Below, piece by piece: positions 22,800 through 33,780 of a stretch of 64,000 nt of DNA (within the stretch, counting starts at the first letter, position 1; the number at the start of each line of letters is the position of its first letter). This DNA comes from Saccostrea echinata (Eukaryota): contig NW_026889778.1 of NCBI RefSeq assembly GCF_033153115.1, forward strand, positions 26,660,001 to 26,724,000, read 5' to 3'. Under the pieces are notes generated by a model. That model saw only the letters and a program-made list of their open reading frames with translations. It was not told the origin of the DNA and did no database searches. The translations under genes were made by a program, and so were the position numbers.

Positions 22800-25772
22800 T
22801 GTGACGGTACATATTGTCGTTTTGTACATATTGTCGTCGGCGACAATATGTACATACACTCACTGCACATATTGTCGTCCATCAGTACATATTGTCGCAG
22901 GCTGATAAGTAACACATGTACATATTGTCGCTGGCGACATTATGTGCCTCACCCTCACAGTACATATTGTCGTCCCATAGATTTTGTTGCTTAAAGATTT
23001 CTTTTGTTTGTTTTTGGTAGTTTTGTGAATGTAATTGGTGTGTGAATCACACTGACGTGTCGCGTATGCTATTTCATGCAGCGTGATGTGACGGTACATT
23101 TTGTCGTCCTGTTCATTTTGTCGCCGGCGACAATGTGTACCTACCCTCACCATCAGAGCAATGATCCATATAAATATGCAATGCAATGCAATGATCCATA
23201 TAAATATGGTCAGAGAAACCAAAAACTCCAACAATGGTCATATACACTTAATTTGATCGCCAAAATATGGCCGAAATATTGCCGACTCGGCGTTACACAT
23301 AATTTTTAATCACTCAATCCATATATATATGACTTATCATTGCTTTGATGTTTTTAAGAAGGTAATTTTTAAAGAATATTCCTATATATCCCTTTGTAAA
23401 ACTTTGATCGCCCATTGTGGACCCACCCTAGACCCGTTTTGATTTGAAGATACTTGTATCTGCGCTACCTGAGGATGTTTCCATAAAAAATCACTAACCA
23501 CGGGCTTACTGCTGTTCTTATTGGTGGATGAAGGAATTTTAGAACGGAAAGGGTTGGGGGGTTCGGGCGGTTCAAAAAAATTTAAAAGTCATTTGTATGT
23601 AAAGTTGTTTCACTGTTTATGTTAAGTAAATTATTTAATAATGAAATTTTACTTGTGGACTAATTAAGAGTATATACAAGATAAACAAAGAGAATTTGCC
23701 AAAGCAGAAAAAAAATCAAAACACCGGGCGGGGGAGTGGGGGAGGGGGGGCGATGCTACATCTTTTTTTTTTTTTGGTTTTTGAGAAGATTTTTAAAGGT
23801 TTTCTGTATATATTTCTATGTAAAGCTTTTATCACCCATTGTGGCCTAACCCTACCCCTGGAGTCATGATTTGAATAAAATTGATTTTGTTTTTATTTGT
23901 TGTTATAATGTCCATCTCGAGAATTTATCATTCGTATTTAGACTTCACCACTTGCCGATTGAGGGCTGCAAAATTGAACCTTTACTTGGCATTCAGGGTC
24001 ACTGAGTAGTGAGGGATCTTTTTCGTGCCAGCACCTCAAAATTGAATTTACGCCTTATAACGCAGCATCTCTTTTGACCCGGTTCTTCTTGAAAAAAAAT
24101 TGAAAGATTTTTTTCTAAATATTCTATGAAAAATTTTGATCACATTTTTAGCCACACCCTTCCCCCGAGGGACGTGATCTGAATAAAACTCAATCTTCAC
24201 TTCATAATGAAGCTTTCACATAAGTTTCAACTTTTCTGAAACAGTGGTTCTTGAGAAGATTTTTAAAAGATGTCAATAAATTTTCACTCATTCTTAACTA
24301 CTTCCCTTAAAGAGGGCATGGCCCTTCATTTGAACAAACTTGGATCCCCTTCATCCACGGATATTTTGTGGCAATTTTGTTTGGAATTGACCAAGTAGTT
24401 CCTAAGAAGAAGCTGAAATTATGAAAAGTTTCCAGACAGTGAGACGGTCAGAAAAAATGTGATCAGAAAGGTTCAGGTGATCTAAAAATGTCAACCCCAA
24501 ATATATCCGCACATGATTGTATATAAGAATAGTGCAAAAATGATTTCCAAATAATCATTACTACTAAACAAAAAAAATATATGTTTTCAATCTCAAAGTA
24601 TACTAGTATATTACAAGAAAAAAAGAATGGGCTGATTTATCAGATATTTCAAATATTTTGGTATCTTGACATGTAATGCTGATGTACATCAATCCTGGAC
24701 ACAATTTTCTGACCCAAAAGTTTTCCCCCTACAACATTGCAGGTAATGCTGTCTGTCTTTCTCCGTGCGTGTGTGTGTGTTTGTCAATCTCTCTTTCCTT
24801 TCTCAATTAAATATTCGTTGAAACAATATATCGATGACAATATATGACGACCTTGACTGTAAATATTGTCGCCGACAATATGTGCTGGTTCTTGACTGTA
24901 CATTTTGTCGTCCTTTATGGAGGAGGAAAAAATGGCTCGTCTCGGTACATATTGTCGCCGCGGCGACAATATGTTTCGATGGACGACAATATGTGCAGTG
25001 AGGGTAGGAATATATTGTCGCCGACGACACTATGTACAAAACGACAATATGTATCGTCACACACCTTTACAGACAAATAACTTTTTTTGCGTGTCAAAAA
25101 AATTCTGAATCGTACCCCCTCCCCCCTCCGTTCTGAAATTTCTGGATCAACAACTGATGCACAGCAGAGCAGAAGGCCCGTGATTAGTGATGTTTATATA
25201 GAAGCATCCTCAGGTAGCGCAGATTCAAGTACCTTCAAATTAAACCGGGCCTAAGGTGGGGCCACAATGGGCGATCAAAGTTTTACATAAGATTATATGG
25301 GAAAATTCTTTGAAAATTATCTTCTCAAAAAAAAACAGCAAAGCAATGATTAATTATATTTATATATGGAGTATTGTCGTGCATTGTCAAGCGACATGTT
25401 CTGATGGACGACAATTTGCGCAGTGAGGGTAGATACATATTGTCGCCGGCGATAATATGAACAGAACGACAAAATGTACCTTCACAATCACGCTGCATGA
25501 AATAGCACACGAGACTCGTCAGTGTGATTCACACACCAATTACATTCACAAAACAACCAAAAACAACAAAAAAAAATCTTTACACAACAATATCTGTGGG
25601 GCGACAATGTGTACAGTGAGGATTGAGGCGCATAATGTCACCAACGACAAGTGTTACTTTTCAGCCTGCGACAATATGTACCGATGGACGGCAATATGTG
25701 CAGTGTCGGTACATGTAGGTACATATTTTCGACGACGACAATATGTACAAAACGACAATATGTACCGTCACA
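22800..25772. repeat. Large inverted duplication (arms ~22800-23490 and ~25195-25772) built from acatattgtcg-rich MITE units plus a satellite monomer; third unit at ~24830-25063
   Basis: The arms share repeat units, a unique ~90-bp spacer (gttttgtgaatgtaattggtgtgtgaatcacactgacg / cgtcagtgtgattcacacaccaattacattcacaaaac) and a satellite monomer, all in inverted orientation. Confidence 0.8.
23770..24490 (+). mobile_element. Helentron/HINE with Cg170/HindIII-like satellite monomers; contains a SINE 3' fragment (~23890-24036)
   Basis: Monomers of ~166 bp (gagaagatttttaaa...cccattgtggcc...catgatttgaataaa). Terminal block aaaagtt..cagac..gatcagaaag..ttcaggtgatctaaaaa. The insert resembles the 3' part of the SINE at 4469-4816. 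Confidence 0.7.
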
Positions 25773-26580
25773 CTCCATTACTGGAAAATTAAATATGAAT
25801 AAATATATTTTTCAGCATATTTTCATACAGAAATAACGAACAATCTGTTAACAAAATAATAAATGAAATAAACTTGAAACTTATCTATTACAAGCTATAG
25901 TATATGTCACCCAAAACTGACCCCAAATGTACAATTATATTTTGGTTGAATGCAAAAATCAGAAAGAACTATTTTAAGAAATTCCACAATGAAATTTAAC
26001 CATATTTCCAATGCTATTAGCCATTTTAGGAATTTTAAACCGTAGACATTGGGACTTTGGGAGGCCCTAAGGCATCAAAATTATACAGTTTGAAATACCT
26101 TTAAAAGCAGAAATAATGTTTAAATTCCTTTTATTTTTCCATAGCAGCAGAGACCAACTTTGTCGACCTTGCTGAATCGATTCCAATATCTTTTGCAGGA
26201 ATTAGATTGATTTGGTGCAAGAAATAATTCTTTAAAGTTATTTTTATTTAGCTGGGCAGTTACTTAGAAAATGAATTTGAAGGTGTTTATATTTTGTCTG
26301 TTTCGATGGTAATGGTCGCCATTTTGAAATTTCCAAATGCTGAATGCATGGACAGCAAGACATAGTAGTTATCATTTTTAAAATGTTTCATTAAGATTTT
26401 CCGAGCCATCTGCGAGAACAATAGCAAATATAAAATATTAAATATTATGTGGAATAATAACAATATATCTATCCCCGAAAATGTTGGGAAAAGCATAATT
26501 CATATCAAAATGCAAATAATTTATAAGCAATGATTACAAAATTGATGAGGAAACAGCATGAGGACGACAATACTAGTGCA

Positions 26581-29354
26581 TTAAATAAGAAAACCAGAGA
26601 AAGTGGTGTACGGAATACTGTCTGAATAGTATCCAGAACCCGACTTCCGTTTAATCCACACTGTATCATCTTGTTCGAGACGTACCACCAACATGTTAGT
26701 CCCTGTTTGGTATGTCGAGCTAGCTGAGGCTTCGGACATCGCTGTCACCTTCGAATTCCCATTTGATACCACGTGAAGGTCAATAGACTTAGTATCATAA
26801 CCAACTAAATTTAGAAAAAAATGGTACATCCCTGCGACAGGAGCAGTGAAGATCCCAGTGTTAGAATTGTAACCTCCTCCAATGTTGGTGATCACTTTTG
26901 AAAAGACCATTACATCACTGGACCAATAAGTGGATGACGAGGGCATACCAGCTGTAAATCCTACTTTTTTGTTTAAATCTAAATGCATAAAATATTCAAT
27001 AATTTGTCAATATCGTGTTGTTACTTCAAGATTAATGAAGCNNNNNNNNNNNNNNNNNNNNNNNNNNNNNNNNNNNNNNNNNNNNNNNNNNNNNNNNNNN
27101 NNNNNNNNNNNNNNNNNNNNNNNNNNNNNNNNNNNNNNNNNNNNNNNNNNNNNNNNNNNNNNNNNNNNNNNNNNNNNNNNNNNAATATGTTTGATATATT
27201 AAATAGGTTTAAGTATTTTCAAAACTTGTTTGACCCAATATCTTTATTGTTTCGTTATAACTAGTAAATAATATAAAAAGTGAACATATCAAAAATTGTT
27301 TAATTTAAACCAAATTTAAATGTAAGTAAAATTGAATCTGTATATAAAATTCGGGAAGCCCAGGTTCTGCTTCCTGTCAACAATTTGCTGGATGCAGAGT
27401 GGGTGCAAAATAGGAGTTAGGGGCCTATATGATTTTTTCCTTCGATGGTTTGGATTTTTAGCCTGATAATCCGCATGTTTTCTTTTAAGAGTAGTTATTA
27501 GTTTTTTTCTAAATAAATTAATTTATGGTTATTGTTCATTCCTATGAGCTGAAATGCCTCCAAAAGGCGGCCTAATAGCCTATAGTTGTAGTCAGTCCCA
27601 CACAAGAAATTCCCATTTCACATCTATCCCCGCGTTGGCTGTTCAAGCAGATGCTAGCATTGCTTTTGGCAGTTTCTTTTCGTTGATATCTCACCTTACA
27701 TAGACAATGGGTAATTGCTTGCCAATACATATTTGACTGAATCTACAGAGAAAAAATGTCTGGTGAAAAGATTGAATCTGTCGGTAGATGAACATATGCT
27801 TTTTTAAGTGTATGCCAGTATATATCACCCCAATTCATTTCAAGTTTTTTTGAAATATTTACATGACATAAGACTCGGGACATCAAAATGTGGTAAGGCC
27901 ATTTGGGGTGGAAGAATTATAATGAGCTATTCAGACTCCTTCGCAGTATCGATCTCATGGTCTAAAGTAGATAACGAGTTATGGTTGAGAACTGAATTTT
28001 GTTTAATTTTCAAACAGTAAATTGTTCAATAATTAACTTTTGGATCAATTTTTGTATGTTTTCAATTACATCGGCAAAGAAAAAGTAGATCTATATTTAG
28101 CAATAAATTGTCAATTTGTTATTTACTTTCATTTTTGATACTCACCACAGTGATTGTTCGTCACATTCATTCGGAATACCTCGAGAGAAGACACAGCAGA
28201 AATGAGCCTTAGATTTTCCATCTTCGACTGTGTGACATCAGCCCTAAGGGCTGTTTATGTCATCTATGAAACAATAAATATATTATATATAGCAAGTACA
28301 ATCTCTAAAATATGTTATACTGCCTCCACATTTACCTGTTATACCTCTCTTCAAAATTACTGTTTGGTAACAGTAGTCGTTATTCACAGCTAAATGTCGT
28401 TTGTATATATATTCATATCTAGCACATTCAGAAAAGCTAAATTAAATCTTCGTTAACTTGCTGAAAAATCAATTTCCGCAAAATATCGTACACACTAAAT
28501 GCAATGCATTTACAGTATATTTGACGAATGAAATTTCTTTTGAAATATTCGATACTTCCGAGAAGTTGAATTTGCTTTAATTTGTTTTCAATTTATATGC
28601 ATGTTAGGATAAGCTTTAATCTGATCTTATGATGAAGGAGTACATACGAGAAACAGATGAAGTAAAAATGTTTTGAAATGAGCTCAGATCGTTTGCTGTC
28701 GTCAGGAGTCTTCTCTTTGTAGCCATCAGATCCGCATTCAGATTATTAAAAGATTCATTCAACATCTCATAATCTTTAGCATTTTTCTCTTCTATGGTTT
28801 TGGGCAAGGTCTTCTCCATATCCATTGTATGTTTGTTCAAATCCAGCAAAGTGACAGATTGATATCGAACCTCAGTCTTTAGATCTCCTAAAACGCTAGA
28901 TATATTTGATTCAAATGTCTGTCTTTTCACTTCCATATTTCTGTCTACAGTTTGCTGAATCTTTAATAATTCTGTCAAATTTTCTTTGACTATTTCAGCA
29001 TTTTCTTTTAAACTTATAATGTCGTTGTTTAATTTCTTATTTTGTTCTTTTAATGAAGCAACTTCTGTTCGTAAATTTGATATCAAAGAAGAGCTTTCTT
29101 TTTGAGACTCCTGCAAGAAAGTTAAAAATTGCTTCATGTCGACCATATCCTTCATCAGTGTATGAACGTTTTTCACCAATGAAATTCGGATGAGAGTTTC
29201 TTGATTTAGCAGTTGTCGGAAAACATCGGTATTTTTGGCGTCGACTTTTATTTCTTCCAGACTGGTCAGGGTATGGTTATCGTTGTCTGTAACCACGGAT
29301 AATCCCTTTACAAATGCAAATGAGATGGAAAGCCCAAAAGCTAACAAAGTCCAT
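26581..29354 (-). pseudogene. C1qDC copy 3 (long coiled coil), frameshifted right after the ATG: null allele or leaderless variant
   Basis: Exon 1 29354-28648 (donor gtatgt) and exon 2 26978-26581 (intact gC1q, phase compatible). ATG GAC T TTG TTA against copy 2 ATG GAC TTC AAA CCC TTG CTT is an 8-nt deletion. The rest of the frame is open. The intron contains an N gap. Confidence 0.75.
27042..27183. other. Assembly gap (N run)
   Basis: 142 N bases inside the copy 3 intron. Confidence 1.
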
Positions 29355-30689
29355 GTTGGTTTTTATATCTACCGTCTTATGAATGAGTTCAGAAAACTTT
29401 ATAGTCTGAAGAAATATGCGTGGACTTCAGCTTAAAGTATCAGTACTTAAAATGAATTGTAAATACTTCACTTTAAGGTGTACCACAATAATTCGAAAAA
29501 CTGTTATCTTTGGAAACACTTTGTTTTAACATCTTACGTCGTCCGCTTGCGGTTTTTCCACTTCTGTTGGAATTTTATCTCTTAAGAAAACGTTGGTGTT
29601 AGATATTTTCACCGACAGTGGTTTTTCCAACATTATACACATTGTTCTTGAAACTTGAATAGAGGTAACTTAAGTTCTCTTATAAAAGTCCAACTTATTC
29701 CAATAATTGAAAATTTGAAAAACAATCACGATAGAACAGCATGTTTGTAGCAATACAGAGAAATAGGTTTCCATTTTCATTTATGAATCCCAATTAGTCC
29801 AACAGAACATTTTATTTTTCGAACTATTACTTGTATCTACATATGAAATATTATAATTTTCTAACTTCCCATACAAATGTGCGTACTGTGGGGGGAAAAC
29901 ATCCTCTTAATTCTAGTTTTTGAGAATTTGGAAATATGTTTTAGAAATCTTTGAGTAAAATATAAGTAGGCAAGGTGTTGGAAGCAGCTGGTTTCAGTCA
30001 TAAGTTCACGGACCCCAGATGTCGCAAAAGATGTCATATTGTTGTGTATGAGGTAATAACTAACATTTGAAAACGCGGGCAGTGTTGTTTCAAAATTAAA
30101 CAGTCAAGTGGCTTTTAGAATTTTTTTTGCTTTCACTAATTAATTTCCACTTTGAAATAATTGAGAATAACCATCATCATGACGGATACTAAATGGAGTA
30201 TTTTGTGTAGCGTAGCATAACATAGATATTGGTAGCCAACTGCTTTCTTGAATGCTTATTGAGAAAAGCGTGAGCGGAATTTGTAAGCATTTCAAAGAAA
30301 GGTTTTCGAATGACAGTTTCCGACTTCCTTTTGGTTTATCAATCAGAAAATAAATAGAAACGTGTTTGAAGGGTAACCGTTGAAATTACATCCCTCCAAA
30401 AAGAGTAAGTGTGTCTTTTTGATTGATTAAAAAAATGGTCAAATTCAGGTTTATTTAAAAAATAATAAGTCCTGTTCAAGGTGCCCTATTTAACATTACC
30501 TTAAAACCAATGGTATATTGAAATTGTTGTAAAAAGTTAACGATACAATTTTTTGGATAATGAGTATTTTCAATAACACTGATATATCCCTTAGTGAATT
30601 ATGTTGTTCAAGTGGCTATTTGAAGCAATTATTTTTCTATGTTAAATACCCTGATTTGGTCCTTTTATCATAGAATAATTGACATTTCA

Positions 30690-30965
30690 TCATACCTCTG
30701 CTGTACTTGAGGAGATTTTTTAAGATACCATCGTATTTTTATGAATTCATATTAAAGAGACTGTGGCTATTCGCTTGCAGAAACTAGAATCTTTTACCCA
30801 AGGAAACTTTATGGAAATCTTTTTTTTTTTTTAAATCAGCCTTTTTATTATGAACAAGAGGTTGAAAATGTGAAAAGTTTACAAACAATACAAGACACAC
30901 GACAGACGGACACTGGATATATATTCAGATCCCTTGAGTCCTTGTTTTAGATGAGATAAAAACGG
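30690..30965 (+). mobile_element. Degenerate HINE/Helentron 3' part
   Basis: gaaaatgtgaaaagtttaca...gacagacggac...cttgag...agatgagataaaaa, the same terminal architecture as ~24420-24490 and ~38740-38850. Confidence 0.55.
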
Positions 30966-33059
30966 AGATTCATATACAATCTTCAACGCTCTGATAAGGT
31001 AAAAAATGAATGTCCTTTTAATGGTCCTTTGGAAAAATACTTAATGATCCAGTAAGTGTTAGATCCAGCTCTGTTGGTCCTTGAACCTCTCTGATTCCTT
31101 TTTCGAAACACCCCATTGCCTCAATTAGAGGATAGAGCTTAACACAGGCAGCATGGCCGACCTGTCGAATGATCTCCCTCTGCAATACAGGCATGAAATA
31201 AATAGAACAATTGATGTGTAGTGGGCAAAAGAGGATGGTATGAAAAATTTCTTGACTTAAATTGTTTTGGATATTTACTATCTAAAACAAAAACTTTCAA
31301 CATGCAAGTGATATGTATTAAATGAAGTATTCAAAAGTGTGGTCTCAAAGGGAAATATTAACTTTTACTTTCAGAATGAAACAGCAAAACATAAGTGGGT
31401 ATAAAAACAAAAAAACAAGATTTAAAAAGACTACGTTTTGTTACATTATCATTTTTATATATACAATGTTTTATGTTACACATAATTATATTAATAGATG
31501 CATTATTATCAGCATCTAAATATCATTCTTCTCCGCACCTTTCCTTTGCATTTTCTTTATCTTCACAAGAATTTCAGGAGCCTGATAATGATCGAGATTT
31601 TTAATAAGCGATCTGAAAAAAATAAATTATAAGACAGAGAGATGTAAACCATGAACGTGATATTCATTTTTTTTTTTTAGCATTTCATTACATTCCTTTT
31701 ATAAATCATTGACAAATCTTTGAAAAGAAAACAATAATAGTCGTATTTAATAACAATAATAGATATATAAATCTTAAAATAGATTTGCTGTAGTAACATC
31801 TTAACTATCTTAACAAATGTGTATTATCTTTAAAATCTCACTTCTGAAGTTTTTCTGACTCCTTTTCCCAAAATTTTCTGTTTTTCTTCTTCATTTTCTC
31901 GTCCATTCCTGGCATCCAAATAATAGAAAAGAAATACTTTAGTCTGTGTATTTTATTTTACATCACTCAATGTTTTAGCATTAGGTTGCCAACTATTTAT
32001 CCATACCATTTCTAATGTTAGTAATCAGAAATATCCTACCAAATTTGCCTAGCAGTCAATAGCGAACTTCTTGTACTTAAAAATGTATAAAAAAAAAAAA
32101 AAAAAAAAAAAAATGTTAGTAAAATATATAAAAAATTATAAGAATATTTATTTACATTCTGTGAGTATTTCTACTCAATTGAAAGTAAAAATACTGCGAG
32201 CAATAATCCAGTATGTATCTACTTTCTAATAAATAAAGTTTGAAACAACATCGGTAGTACCTTTGTAAAAATAAACATTTGATTCCGTAGACTCACTCCT
32301 TGAGACTTTCTGTGATGATGAGTCATTTCCTTGAAAATGGATTTAAAAAAACACTAAGTATAATCGTATCATTATAGATTGGCTAAAAATATTCTTACAA
32401 CCATCTTGCAAAAGAGTAAAGAGAATTCAAAATAAGAAAGAGATTGTAAAAATTTTTATTAGAATGATGTTTCTACACATGATTTCAACTCTAAGCGCTG
32501 TTGTGATATTACAGGTCAAATATGAAACTGAAATTTGTTACGAATTCATAGTATTTTGAGTTCAGAAATTTTAGTTTATATGGTTTAAATAATTCTCAAT
32601 GATCAGTGTATCATTTTCCTTGCATCTTAGGAAGTAAAAATTTGAACAATTCTGCATTATTAGGTGGAAAATCATGAAAATCAGAATTAAATTGACTTTA
32701 CAATAAGTTTTTAGAAAAAAATTATTTTTCAGTGAAATATATAGTGAAAAAAATTGAAATTATGAATCACTAAATGGCCATATACTGTAGTTTTTCCATA
32801 CATTATCCAGCTAAGCATGATTTTAAATGTGCACTGAATACGTTATTTAAACCCCGAAGTGGTAGTTTACGTAGTGAAAACATTTCGAATGTAAAGTTAA
32901 AATATCGTTCTTCCTATATGATGAAATATAACAACCTCTAGCTATTAGTTTCAGCAAATTCTGCGAATTCATCGAACTGCGATTGTGTCAGAAAAGAGAA
33001 GAACATGAAAATTATAATCCGTGAAAATTATAACCCGTGGAATTAACCAACTATAAGTA

Positions 33060-33780
33060 TTACATTTTTGTTTGTAGGTGTGTGGCATATAATGTAATTT
33101 TCTTGTTTTGTGAATCAGGTACAATACTCTTTGGTTTTTATGTCTGTCGCGTATGTAACTTTTTGGTTTGTATTTGATTGACGTAGGTTACTTTTTTTTT
33201 GGTATGTCTGCAACCTAGATTACTATTTGGTTTGTATGTGTGGTCGTATATTTCTTTTTTATTATGTGTGATGTAAATTACTTTTTGGTTTTTGTGTGTG
33301 ATGTATGTATATTATAACTTTTTAAGTTTGTATGTGTCATGTGTATGTGACAAATATTATGTTTTTGGTTTTGTATGTGTGTGAAGTATTTTAGTTTTGG
33401 GGTTTGTATATGTAACGTATATTATACTGTTTTGTTTGAATGCATGTGACCTATATAACTATCTTGTTTATATATGTGTGTGTGTGACCTATGTTACTTT
33501 TTGGTTTGTATGTGTGTTACCAAAACTTTTTTTGATTTGTATATGTGTGATTTTTTTTACATTTTGGGTTGAATATCTATGATCTGTATTACTTTTTGGT
33601 TTGTATATGTGAGAGGTTAGTCGTAAATAATTTGTTTTTGGTTTGTATGTTGACTTTTATCAATTTTTGGTATGTATGAGTGTGACTTATATTACTCTTT
33701 GGTTTGTATATGAGTGACGTTAGTCATATATTATTTTTTGGATTTGTATGTTGACTAATATTACTTTTTGGTTTGTATGT
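33060..33780. repeat. Degenerate ~30-bp minisatellite (ttactttttggtttgtatgt...)
   Basis: About 20 diverged units, beginning inside the last kinase-domain exon (TYKPKSN...). Confidence 0.85.

Noticed and set aside
22764-25836. Cluster of short ORFs with TYCR/DNM/HIV motifs
   Set aside because: They are translations of the acatattgtcg repeat units in several frames on both strands.
26930-27264. ORFs spanning poly-X
   Set aside because: Artefacts of the N gap.
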